A DNA stretch of 64,000 bases, taken from a virus. Position numbers and translations under genes: made by a program. Shown here piece by piece: positions 43,968-52,408 of this stretch. Under the pieces are notes generated by a model. That model worked only from the letters and a program-made list of their open reading frames with translations. It was not told the origin of the DNA and did no database searches. Location: IMG/VR virus record IMGVR_UViG_3300042827_000007, positions 4,848-68,847 of that record. One strand, given 5' to 3'. Positions within the stretch are counted from its first letter, which is position 1; the number at the start of each line of letters is the position of its first letter.

Positions 43968-44321
43968 GTGACAGCTCAGATGCCAGGCCGAGACCCCGAA
44001 GCCGCGGAGCGGTCCTCGCGCGTAGCCGATGCAATTCGCGCCGAGATGAAGCATCAGGGCCTAACCGGTGCAGGGCTGCGAGACAAGCTCCGCGAGGCCG
44101 GGGTCCAGGTCCCGAACGACATGTGGATCACCCGCCGGCTGACCGGCCAGGTGAACCTCGTCGAGCCGGTCCGGGTCGTCTACGGGCCGAGCGATGACCT
44201 CGAAGCCATCGCCTCGGTCCTCAAGGTCGACCCGGCCCGGTTCGTTCGGGTCCTGAACCGCAACGCCAGCAAGACCAGCAAGGACAGCAAGCCCGCTCCG
44301 TCGGCCGCCGCCGACAAGTAA
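43968..44321 (+). CDS. HTH (XRE/Cro-like) transcriptional regulator
   Basis: VADAIRAEMKHQGLTGAGL..WITRRLTGQV..DLEAIASVLKV. Confidence 0.7.
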   Translation: MTAQMPGRDPEAAERSSRVADAIRAEMKHQGLTGAGLRDKLREAGVQVPNDMWITRRLTGQVNLVEPVRVVYGPSDDLEAIASVLKVDPARFVRVLNRNASKTSKDSKPAPSAAADK

Positions 44322-44335
44322 CCACAGGAGAACCC

Positions 44336-45607
44336 GTGGAACTCACCGCCCGCAACACCGACCTCCAGACCCTCGCCGACCTTCTCCGCACGCAGGAGGG
44401 CGCGAAGGCGGACGCGATCATCGCCGGCTCGAAGATCGAGGCCACCCGCGACGGGAAGATCCGGATCTCGGACACGGTCCCGCTGGAGGTCGCCGAGGCT
44501 CAGTTCGACGAGAACGGCGTGACCCCCGCCCGGTACCTCGACATGAACGGCGAGTACGAACTGACGGACATCGCCCTCGGCCACTTCGCCGAGCGTCTGG
44601 GCATCGACCGCCGGTACCTCCGCAAGCTGGCCGACAAGCGGCCGGACATCCTGGCCGCGAACATCAATGGCTGGCTGTCCGGCTCCGTCATGCCGAACGT
44701 CGAGGGCTTCGAGGCCGCCGACCCCGACGGCCGGGCGTTCACCGTCCGCTCGTTCCAGACCCCCGACGGCAACCTGTTCCGGGGCCTGCTCTCCGACCGG
44801 TACTCCGTGATCGACAACCTCGACACCATGAACGCGGTCTTCGAGGGCATCCGGGCCGCCGGGTTCAGCCGGGACGACCTGGAGATCTCCGGGTGCGACC
44901 TGACCGAGAACCGGATGCGTGTCCGGGTCCTCGTCCCCGCCGCCGTCATCGCCGCACCGAAGCTGTTCGAGGGCTACCGGAACCCGTTCGAGGGCCGGGA
45001 CGTCCGGGTCGGCGGGCGGGGCGGCTGGACGATCGAGCAGGCCCGCGCCGCCGCCGAGCGCGAGGGCCAGGGCTACACCCCCGGGTCGGAGCCGATCATG
45101 TGGGCCGGGTTCGAGTTCGGGAACGGCGAACTCGGCGACGCCGCGACGTACGTCCTCCCGCGGGCCGAGGCCCGGATCTGCCGGAACGGCCTCGTCCTCC
45201 CGCTGGACGTCTCCCGGAAGCAGCACGTCGGCGAGCGCCTGGACGAGGGCGTGATCGACTGGTCCGCCGAGACCCGGAAGCGCCAGCTCGCCCTGATCAC
45301 CTCGAAGGTCTCCGACGCCGTCCGCAAGTTCTCGTCCGTCGAGTTCTGGACGGCGAAGGTCGCGGAGCTGGAAGAGCAGGCCGCGAAGCCCGTCACCGAC
45401 GCCGACAAGACGATCAAGGCCGTGAGTAAGGCCCTGCGGTACAGCGAGGCGGAGCAGACCTCCATCCTGGACATGTTCATCCACGGCGGGCAGATGACCG
45501 CCGGTGGCGTGATGAACGCCGTCACGGCCGCCGCGCAGACCATCGCCGACCCCGACCGGGCGGCCGAGATCGAGCGGACCGCGGTCCGGGCCCTCGCCGC
45601 CGTCTGA
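44336..45607 (+). CDS. DUF932/DUF945-like protein
   Basis: RGLLSDRYSVIDN..FEFGNGELG..ICRNGL..GVMNAVTAAAQ. Confidence 0.75.
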   Translation: MELTARNTDLQTLADLLRTQEGAKADAIIAGSKIEATRDGKIRISDTVPLEVAEAQFDENGVTPARYLDMNGEYELTDIALGHFAERLGIDRRYLRKLADKRPDILAANINGWLSGSVMPNVEGFEAADPDGRAFTVRSFQTPDGNLFRGLLSDRYSVIDNLDTMNAVFEGIRAAGFSRDDLEISGCDLTENRMRVRVLVPAAVIAAPKLFEGYRNPFEGRDVRVGGRGGWTIEQARAAAEREGQGYTPGSEPIMWAGFEFGNGELGDAATYVLPRAEARICRNGLVLPLDVSRKQHVGERLDEGVIDWSAETRKRQLALITSKVSDAVRKFSSVEFWTAKVAELEEQAAKPVTDADKTIKAVSKALRYSEAEQTSILDMFIHGGQMTAGGVMNAVTAAAQTIADPDRAAEIERTAVRALAAV

Positions 45608-45613
45608 TCCACC

Positions 45614-45646
45614 GGGGCCCGCCCGTGGAGGGGACGGGCGGGCCCC
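45614..45646 (+). terminator. Hairpin after DUF932-like gene
   Basis: 13-bp stem GGGGCCCGCCCGT / ACGGGCGGGCCCC. Confidence 0.65.
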
Positions 45647-45688
45647 CTTCCCGTAGGACGCCGCCGGGTTCGATCCCCGGCCGGGAAG
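45647..45688 (+). ncRNA. tRNA-like minihelix (acceptor-like stem + T-arm, no D or anticodon arm)
   Basis: CTTCCCG/CGGGAAG 7-bp stem; TAG after 5' strand; GCCGGG-TTCGATC-CCCGGC T-arm. Confidence 0.4.
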
Positions 45689-45734
45689 CGCAAGAGCACT
45701 GCCGAACAGCACGCACCCGAGGAAAGGATCAGTC

Positions 45735-45914
45735 GTGCGCTCTCTCGAAACCGTCGCCGCGTACCTCCGGGCCTGGCTCACCGGCCGGACCCGCCCGTAC
45801 GCCGGCCGCCGCCGCCGCGTCGAGGCCCCCGCCCCGCCGCCGCCGGCCGGCTCGTACATCGAACTCCCGAAGGCCGCCGCCGCCCGCCGTGCTCGCCAGG
45901 CCGGACGCTCCTGA
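45735..45914 (+). CDS. 59-aa basic hypothetical protein
   Basis: GAAAGGA RBS before GTG; MRSLETVAAYLRAW...; not in supplied ORF track. Confidence 0.55.
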   Translation: MRSLETVAAYLRAWLTGRTRPYAGRRRRVEAPAPPPPAGSYIELPKAAAARRARQAGRS

Positions 45915-45915
45915 C

Positions 45916-46158
45916 ATGGCCGCCGCAGCATCCACCGCCGAGGCCGTCGACCGGATCATGTGCGCCGTCGACTCCCTCGGCCCCTGGAACGACCAGGACC
46001 ACGCCGACACGTTCGAGGCCACCGTCCACCGCGGGGTGGCGTGGGGCCTCACCGTGGAGCAGGCCCTCGACCTGGCGACGGCCTCGTTCGCCGTCGGCCG
46101 GCTCGAAGGGGACGCCGACGCAACCGCCGCCGCCGCCGCAGAAAGGGCCGGTGACTGA
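45916..46158 (+). CDS. Hypothetical protein
   Basis: MAAAASTAEAVDR...; high GC3. Confidence 0.6.
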   Translation: MAAAASTAEAVDRIMCAVDSLGPWNDQDHADTFEATVHRGVAWGLTVEQALDLATASFAVGRLEGDADATAAAAAERAGD

Positions 46159-46160
46159 CC

Positions 46161-47126
46161 ATGCCGCGTATCGCCTACGAACCGAACACCATGCGCCCGG
46201 ACGCGCTCGCCATCGCGGAGCAGGCCGCCACGATCGCCCGGGAGTACGCCGCCGCCGGCTACGACCTGACCCTCCGCCAGCTCTACTACCAGTTCGTCGC
46301 CCGCGGGCTCACCTCGCCGTGGGCCACCGGCCACAACACGGAGCGGTCGTACAAGCGTCTCGGCTCGATCGTCGACAAGGCCCGCATGTGCGGGATCATC
46401 GACTGGTACCACATCACCGACCGGACCAGGCACGCGAACGCCGGCCAGTCCCACCACGAGAGCCCCGCGGACATCATCGCGACCGCCGCGAACGGCTACC
46501 ACCTCGACAAGTGGGAGGGCCAGGCGAACCGCTGTGAGCTGTGGGTCGAGAAGGAAGCCCTCGCCGGCATCCTCGGCCAGGTCGCGTACGAGCGGGATGT
46601 GAACTACCAGGCGTGCCGGGGGTACATGTCGTCGTCGGCGATGTGGCGTTCCGCGCGCCGGCTCGGCTACGAGGCCAGCGACGGGCACGACGTCTACGTC
46701 TTCCACCTCGGCGACCACGACCCGTCGGGGATCGACATGACCCGCGACAACCAGGAACGGCTCCTTACCATGATCGGGCACGACTTCGGGTGGCAGGCCG
46801 CCGACCGGCTCCACTTCGAGCGGATCGCCCTGAACATGGATCAGGTCACCCGGTACGACCCGCCGCCGAACCCGGCGAAGCTCACCGACTCCCGGAGCGG
46901 GCCGTACGTCGAGGCGTACGGGTCGTCCTCGTGGGAGCTGGACGCGCTCCCCCCGAACGTCCTCGTCGACCTCCTGAACTCCCACATCGACCGGGTCATC
47001 GACCAGGACGTCTGGGACGACCGGAACGCCGCCGAGGAAGCGGACCGCCAGCGGCTCCAGCTCGCCGCGACCAACTGGGCGGCCGTCGCCGAGCACGTCG
47101 ACGCCACGTACGGCGATGACGACTGA
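46161..47126 (+). CDS. Topoisomerase VI subunit A / Spo11-like protein (wHTH + TOPRIM; Mini-A-like)
   Basis: LTLRQLYY (catalytic Tyr position), WVEKEAL, RGY, LGDHDPSG (DxD), RIALN. Confidence 0.8.
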   Translation: MPRIAYEPNTMRPDALAIAEQAATIAREYAAAGYDLTLRQLYYQFVARGLTSPWATGHNTERSYKRLGSIVDKARMCGIIDWYHITDRTRHANAGQSHHESPADIIATAANGYHLDKWEGQANRCELWVEKEALAGILGQVAYERDVNYQACRGYMSSSAMWRSARRLGYEASDGHDVYVFHLGDHDPSGIDMTRDNQERLLTMIGHDFGWQAADRLHFERIALNMDQVTRYDPPPNPAKLTDSRSGPYVEAYGSSSWELDALPPNVLVDLLNSHIDRVIDQDVWDDRNAAEEADRQRLQLAATNWAAVAEHVDATYGDDD

Positions 47127-47391
47127 CCTCGTTCCCGTGCGGGTCGGCCGGCTCCGTGAGCCGGCCGGCCCCGAACGCCAGGCGTTCCGGGACCAGATGA
47201 TCGAGTACCGCCAGCGGGTCCAGGACGCGTACGACGCGGCCGAGGCCCTGACCCGGGCGACCGACCAGGCCGCCGTATACACCCGGTACGGGGCCGAGGT
47301 CCCGAAGTCACTCCGGGACCAGATCTCCGACCTCGACAAGAAGTGGGAGGCCGCCCGATGCAAGATCCCGTACGCGACCAGGCGTTCCTGA
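47116..47391 (+). CDS. Helical hypothetical protein
   Basis: 91 aa; overlaps neighbours. Confidence 0.6.
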   Translation: MTTDLVPVRVGRLREPAGPERQAFRDQMIEYRQRVQDAYDAAEALTRATDQAAVYTRYGAEVPKSLRDQISDLDKKWEAARCKIPYATRRS

Positions 47392-47804
47392 TGAAGACCG
47401 TCCTCCAGGTGTCGGTGCCGATGTGGCTCCTTCGCCTCCAGGACTTCGCCGAGGACACGCAGGACGACGAGGCCGCCCGGTGGGCCCACGACGCGGCGGA
47501 CGTCGTCGCGTCGAAGGGCGACGTCCTCCAGTACGGCGGACCGGACACCGCGGGGGCGTTCAACGCCATGAGCCGGGGGCTCGCCGCCCTGGCGACCGCC
47601 CCCGGCGGGGTCCGCTTCCTCGGCCTCCTGTGGTGCGTCGAGCACTCGCCGGGCGGCCGGGACGCGGAGTCCGGGGAGAACGTGTGCCGGTACTGCGTCT
47701 CCGACGAGGAACCGGTGAACGACGACGCGATCCCCCTCGTCCGCGCCCGTGTCGACCTGACCCGCAACGCCCGCCGTCTCGCCCCGATGGGGAGGTACCT
47801 CTGA
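47358..47804 (+). CDS. Hypothetical protein
   Basis: GGAGG RBS; C-terminal C..H..CRYC. Confidence 0.65.
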   Translation: MQDPVRDQAFLMKTVLQVSVPMWLLRLQDFAEDTQDDEAARWAHDAADVVASKGDVLQYGGPDTAGAFNAMSRGLAALATAPGGVRFLGLLWCVEHSPGGRDAESGENVCRYCVSDEEPVNDDAIPLVRARVDLTRNARRLAPMGRYL

Positions 47805-48397
47805 TGTCTGATCACTGCCGGTTCCTGTTCGTCCCCGCGGGCGGCTCCGCCCGGATCATCGACTCGCACCCGCGGCCGGACGTCGTCTCGGACCTACTCG
47901 GCGGGGCGTTCGCCGCCCCGGTGATCCTCCCGTCCGGGCGGGTCGCCGCGTGGGTCCGGGAGACGTGCGCGACCGAGGGCCAGCCGCGGAACGTCCTCGC
48001 GTCGGTCCTCGCGATGATCCTCGGCGGGCCGCGCCCGATCCCGATCCTCGGCCCGTGCGCGCTGACCATGCTCGTGTGGACGTCGAACCCTGGCGACCCG
48101 TACCCGGTCGGGACGGCCGAGGGGTTCCCCGGCGGGGACGAGATCGAGCGGTTCCGCCGGCTGACCGAGGACGTCGAGCGGGCCCTGGCCGGCTACAGCT
48201 ACGGGTTCCAGTACGACCACCTCGACGAGGCGTGGGCGGAGGCGGTCCGCGGGGCGGCCGAGACGTGCCGGACCATGCCGATCCCCGACGGGTGGCCGAA
48301 CGTGGCCCGCCAGGACGGGTCGGACGAGGTCGCGCTCCTGATGCGCCGGCTCGGCCTCGGACAGATGTTCGCACCCGTCCCGATCTCGGCGAACTGA
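47804..48397 (+). CDS. Hypothetical protein (DUF3846-like N-terminus)
   Basis: SDLLGG..AWVRE..PRNVLAS..PILGP; GGAGG RBS. Confidence 0.6.
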   Translation: MSDHCRFLFVPAGGSARIIDSHPRPDVVSDLLGGAFAAPVILPSGRVAAWVRETCATEGQPRNVLASVLAMILGGPRPIPILGPCALTMLVWTSNPGDPYPVGTAEGFPGGDEIERFRRLTEDVERALAGYSYGFQYDHLDEAWAEAVRGAAETCRTMPIPDGWPNVARQDGSDEVALLMRRLGLGQMFAPVPISAN

Positions 48398-48427
48398 CCC
48401 GATCGGGCACCCGCAAACCCTGGCGTT

Positions 48428-48474
48428 TCTAACGGCCTCTAGGTTATTCTGAGCAGGTAATCACTACTGCCGAC
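48428..48474 (+). promoter_or_regulatory. Degenerate member of the repeated promoter family plus ACTGCCGAC leader
   Basis: TAACGGCCTCTAGG-TTATTCT-GAGCAGGTAATCACTACTGCCGAC. Confidence 0.55.
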
Positions 48475-48488
48475 CTGGAGGCCGTTCC

Positions 48489-48794
48489 ATGCCTACCGAG
48501 ACCCCGAGCACCGCGACCGCGGAGGCCCCGCTGGTCAAGCTCTACCCGACGAAGACCCGGATCTCCCTGCTCCGCCTCGTCGCGGACGGCCAGATCTACG
48601 AGCCCACGTGGAACCCGCAGACCTTCCGCGGGGTCGACGGCGGGACGTACACCGAGCGCGTGAAGGAACTCCGCCGCGCCGGCTGGATCGAGCTGGTCCC
48701 GGCGACCCGCGACTCCGGCGTCCGGCTCCGCCAGGCCGTCCCGACGACCCTCGGACGCGGGGTCCTGGCCGAGCACGCCGACGGCGGCCGGTGA
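48489..48794 (+). CDS. Winged-helix-like hypothetical protein
   Basis: VKELRRAGWIEL..PTTLGRGVL; GGAGG RBS. Confidence 0.6.
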   Translation: MPTETPSTATAEAPLVKLYPTKTRISLLRLVADGQIYEPTWNPQTFRGVDGGTYTERVKELRRAGWIELVPATRDSGVRLRQAVPTTLGRGVLAEHADGGR

Positions 48795-49267
48795 TGGCAG
48801 GCCGGTACGCCGAGACGACCTCGGTCAGCTCCGAACAGTCCCGCATGTCGATCGAGCGGGTCCTGACCGACCACGGCGCGGACACCGTCGCCGCCGTCAC
48901 CGGCCGCGGGGAGGCCCGGATCATGTTCGAGATGGCGGGCCGCCGGATCATGTTCCGGCTCACCCTGCCGGACCGCAACGCCCGGGAGTTCACGCACACC
49001 CCGTCCCGCGGGACGCCCCGCTCGACGACCGCCCGCGCCGAGGCGTACGAGCAGGCCGTCCGCCAGCGCTGGCGGGCCCTGTACCTCGTGATCCGCGCCC
49101 GGCTCGAAGCAGTCGAGGCGGGGATCGAGACGTTCGAGGACGCGTTCCTCGCACACGTGGTCCTCCCGACCGGGGAGACCGTCGGGGAGGCCACCGCGCC
49201 GGCCATCGCCGAGGCGTACGCCGGCCGGCCGATGCCCGCGCTCCTGCCCGGGACCGGCACCCGATGA
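48794..49267 (+). CDS. Conserved phage hypothetical protein
   Basis: YAETTSVS..S..IERVL..HGA..QRWRAL..LEAVEAGIETFEDAFLAH pattern common in phages. Confidence 0.75.
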   Translation: MAGRYAETTSVSSEQSRMSIERVLTDHGADTVAAVTGRGEARIMFEMAGRRIMFRLTLPDRNAREFTHTPSRGTPRSTTARAEAYEQAVRQRWRALYLVIRARLEAVEAGIETFEDAFLAHVVLPTGETVGEATAPAIAEAYAGRPMPALLPGTGTR

Positions 49268-49416
49268 AGACCTGGCCGGCCTGGCTCCGGTGCCGCGAAT
49301 GGGTCTGGCCCGACGCCCGCAACTGGGGAGCCGAGTTCCGTTGCTACCGCCTCCGGTGGCACTGGGGCCCCCACCGGGACGACCACGGCGACGCGTGGGA
49401 AGGCAAGCACCGGTGA
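49264..49416 (+). CDS. 50-aa Trp/Cys/His-rich protein
   Basis: C..C..HWGPH; coupled both sides. Confidence 0.55.
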   Translation: MKTWPAWLRCREWVWPDARNWGAEFRCYRLRWHWGPHRDDHGDAWEGKHR

Positions 49417-49595
49417 GCTTCGTCGACCGGATGGCCGCCGCCGAGGCCATCGCCGCCCGGTACCGCGCCGGGGAGATCGACCGGGAGACAGCCGAGGTCG
49501 AGATCTTCCTGGCGTGGGAGGGCACCCTCGCCGCCACCGACAACGCCGTCCGTTCCTACCTGAACGACTGGCACCCCGCACCGAAGGAGGACTGA
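49413..49595 (+). CDS. Hypothetical protein
   Basis: MSFVDRMAAAE...; GTGA coupling. Confidence 0.55.
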   Translation: MSFVDRMAAAEAIAARYRAGEIDRETAEVEIFLAWEGTLAATDNAVRSYLNDWHPAPKED

Positions 49596-49597
49596 CC

Positions 49598-50494
49598 GTG
49601 CGACCGCAACTCAAGCGCGCCGGCCGGAACCGCTGGTACGTCGACCTCGACTCCCCGGTCCCCGGCCAGGCCGCCGACCTCGACCCGAAGAAGGTCAAGT
49701 ACCAGCGCATCCCCGGCGTGACGACGATCGTCCGGAACGGGATGCCGAAGGAAGCGCTCATGAACTACGCGGGCACGGCGACCGCGGACTACGCCGTGAA
49801 CAACTGGGAAGAGCTGAGCGCGCTCCCCGCGGCCGAGCGGCTGTCCCGGCTGAACAAGGGCCGGTACGAGTCCCGGGACAACGCCGCACAGCGCGGCCAG
49901 CAAGTCCACCAACTCGCGCAGAAACTCGTCCGAGACCAGGAGGTCCCCGTCCCGCCGGAGCTGGAGGGCTACGTCGCCGCCGCCGTCCGGTTCATGGACG
50001 AGTTCGCGATCGAGCCGATCGTGGAAGAGCTGACCGTGTTCTCCCCGAAGCACTACTACTGCGGGACACTCGACCTCGGCGCGTACTGCGAGATCCCCGA
50101 CCTGGCCGAGTACGAGTGGATTCCCCTCATGGAGGACGGCCGCGCCCGGGGCCTGTTCGACTACAAGCTGAGCCGGTCCGGGATCTGGGGCGACGTCGCG
50201 TACCAGCTCGCGCCGTACCGGTTCGCCGAGTTCTGCCTCATGCCTGACGGCGAGGGCGGGTTCGAGATCGACTCCGTCCCCGAGTTCGACTTCGCCGCCG
50301 GGGTCCACCTCCGGCCCGACGGCACGTACTCCGTGATCCCCGTCGAGTGCGAGATCCAGCAGTTCGAGGACTTCCTGACGATCATGGCTAACGCCGCAGT
50401 CGTCGACCGCTCGAAGGATCTCATCCTGTCCGAGATCATCCCGCCGCGGACCTCCCGGTTCCGCCTGACGAAGACTGCCGAGGCCGCATCATGA
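49598..50494 (+). CDS. PD-(D/E)XK exonuclease (Cas4/RecE-like recombination nuclease)
   Basis: PGVTTIV, RGQQVH, E..YCGTLD, FDYK, YQLAPY. Confidence 0.85.
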   Translation: MRPQLKRAGRNRWYVDLDSPVPGQAADLDPKKVKYQRIPGVTTIVRNGMPKEALMNYAGTATADYAVNNWEELSALPAAERLSRLNKGRYESRDNAAQRGQQVHQLAQKLVRDQEVPVPPELEGYVAAAVRFMDEFAIEPIVEELTVFSPKHYYCGTLDLGAYCEIPDLAEYEWIPLMEDGRARGLFDYKLSRSGIWGDVAYQLAPYRFAEFCLMPDGEGGFEIDSVPEFDFAAGVHLRPDGTYSVIPVECEIQQFEDFLTIMANAAVVDRSKDLILSEIIPPRTSRFRLTKTAEAAS

Positions 50495-51396
50495 CCGAGC
50501 CCGTCCAGGGCCACCCCCTGATGAAGATCACGCCGGAGCTGTGCGCCGCCCTGGCGAAGCTCCAGGCCGACCTCCCGAAGATCGACCGAGACCGTGAGGT
50601 CGAGGTCGAGACGAAGGGCGACAAGCCGAACTACTCGTACAGCTACGCCACCCTCGCGCACGTCACACAGAAGATCATGCCGGAGCTGGCGAAGAACGGC
50701 CTCTCGTACTCGGCGTACCCGGGGATGTCCGTCGACGGCAAGGGGATGTGCCTGCGGTACTTCCTGCTCCACGAGTCCGGCGGGTACATCGGCGGGGAGT
50801 TCCCCATCGCCGGGGAGGGCGGCATCCAGGGCGTCGGCGGACGGATCACGTACGCGAAGCGGTACGCGCTCCTGGCCGTGACCGGACTCGCCGCCGAGGA
50901 AGACGACGACGCCGCCCGCGCTCAGGCCGAGGACGACGCGAACGCGAAGCCCGGCACCGCCCGGCGCAACCCGCGGGCGGCCGAGGCCCGGACCGAGCGG
51001 GCCGCCGCGAACACGGCGAAGCGCAACCAGCGCGGCGCGTCGCCGACCTCGCCCGCGCCGGCCGGGGCCGAGGGCGACCAGGGCCCGCGGGAGGTCCGCA
51101 ACCCCGACGACGGGGTGTCCGGCGACCAGCAAACGAAGCTGATCATGCAGTTCAAGGATCTTGCCGAGCGGACCGGGGCCGGAGCGTCCAGGGAGCAGCG
51201 ACTCGCGATGGTCTCGACGTTGCTCGGCTTCCAGGTCGGGTCGATCACGGAGCTGACGAAGGGCCAGGCCCACGAACTGATCTCGACCGTGGACTCCGCG
51301 CTCGCGACGGACGACCCGCTCGGCGTCCTCCGCCGCGTCGGTGAGGACGTCGCGAACCGCCAGGCCGAATCCACGCACGCAGGGAGCCCCGAGTGA
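50491..51396 (+). CDS. erf: ERF-family single-strand annealing protein
   Basis: LAKLQADLP..YSYATL..GLSY..GRITYAKRYAL..G..AEEDDDA. Confidence 0.9.
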   Translation: MTEPVQGHPLMKITPELCAALAKLQADLPKIDRDREVEVETKGDKPNYSYSYATLAHVTQKIMPELAKNGLSYSAYPGMSVDGKGMCLRYFLLHESGGYIGGEFPIAGEGGIQGVGGRITYAKRYALLAVTGLAAEEDDDAARAQAEDDANAKPGTARRNPRAAEARTERAAANTAKRNQRGASPTSPAPAGAEGDQGPREVRNPDDGVSGDQQTKLIMQFKDLAERTGAGASREQRLAMVSTLLGFQVGSITELTKGQAHELISTVDSALATDDPLGVLRRVGEDVANRQAESTHAGSPE

Positions 51397-51707
51397 TGAC
51401 CACCGCGATCAACCCGGCGAAGGCGTACGCGAGCCTGATCGACGTCGCCGCGACCAGCCTGGAGAACGGCGACCAGGGCGCGACCGTGACCGTGTCCGCG
51501 TGGGACCTCGCCGCCGTGCTCCGCGAGGCCGGCCGGCAGTGGTCCGAGATCGCCAGCTCGCACACCGACCAGGACGACCCGAAGGTGATCCTCGCCGCCG
51601 GCCGGATCGACCCGGCGGTCCGGATCGCGAACGACCTCGCCGACCGGGAGCCCGGCCAGGGCCCCACCGGCGGGGACGACCGCCCGCACCTGGAGCCGGT
51701 CCGATGA
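51393..51707 (+). CDS. Hypothetical protein
   Basis: 104 aa; coupled. Confidence 0.65.
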   Translation: MMTTAINPAKAYASLIDVAATSLENGDQGATVTVSAWDLAAVLREAGRQWSEIASSHTDQDDPKVILAAGRIDPAVRIANDLADREPGQGPTGGDDRPHLEPVR

Positions 51708-52291
51708 CGATCCCCGAGGTGATCGGCATCGACCCGTCGCTCAAGGCCACCGGGTTCTGTGGGTCGGACGGGACGACGTTCACGCTGACGACCGGCGACG
51801 CGAAGCGCGGGGACACCCGGCTCCACGACCTCCGGAAGATGCTCCGCTACTACCTCCGGGCGAACCCCGCCCGGCTGGCCGTGGTCGAGGTCCCCGCCCG
51901 GTTCCAGTCGGGGGACGCCGCGCTCGCCGCCGGCATGGCTCAGGGCATCGTCCGGGAGATCCTGGTCGAGTTCGCGATCCCGTTCGGGAAGCTGAACCCG
52001 ACCCTCGTGAAGAAGTTCGCGACCGGCCGCGGGGACGCCGACAAGGGGGCGATGGTCGCCGCCGCGAACCGCCACCGGCTGGCCGCTCACACCTCGAAGG
52101 CCGTCGGCGACCGGATGTACGACGACCTCACCGACGACAACCAGGCCGACGCGTGGTGGCTCCGCCAGATGGGGCTGTGGCACCTCGGGGTCAAGACCCT
52201 GGACCCGGGTCAGGACGAGGTCGTCGGCTCGAACGCCATCCGGGACACCGTCATCCGCCCTGCGAAGGGCGCGAAATGGCCCGGCCGGTAA
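51704..52291 (+). CDS. ruvC: RuvC-like Holliday junction resolvase
   Basis: VIGIDPSLKATG, AVVE, VKKFATGRGDADK..M, DNQADA. Confidence 0.9.
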   Translation: MTIPEVIGIDPSLKATGFCGSDGTTFTLTTGDAKRGDTRLHDLRKMLRYYLRANPARLAVVEVPARFQSGDAALAAGMAQGIVREILVEFAIPFGKLNPTLVKKFATGRGDADKGAMVAAANRHRLAAHTSKAVGDRMYDDLTDDNQADAWWLRQMGLWHLGVKTLDPGQDEVVGSNAIRDTVIRPAKGAKWPGR

Positions 52292-52345
52292 GCGCATCCG
52301 CCGAGACGCTTACCGCCGGGCCACCCGCCAGCCGATAACCGGCTG
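52277..52345 (+). other. Two adjacent hairpins between ruvC and whiB
   Basis: 17-bp bulged stem 52277-52323 covering the ruvC stop, then CAGCCG/CGGCTG stem. Confidence 0.5.
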
Positions 52346-52408
52346 ACATGCCGTCCTCACCGCCCGCACGCTGACCAAACCGCACTACCAGGAGAGAAAC
52401 GATCAGCC

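Noticed and set aside
45647-45700. Functional tRNA gene
   Set aside because: Only 42 nt; no D arm, anticodon arm or CCA; kept only as a tRNA-like element
49598-50494. Cas4 as evidence of a CRISPR-Cas system
   Set aside because: Lacks Cas4 Fe-S cysteines pattern and sits next to ERF as the usual exonuclease-annealase pair
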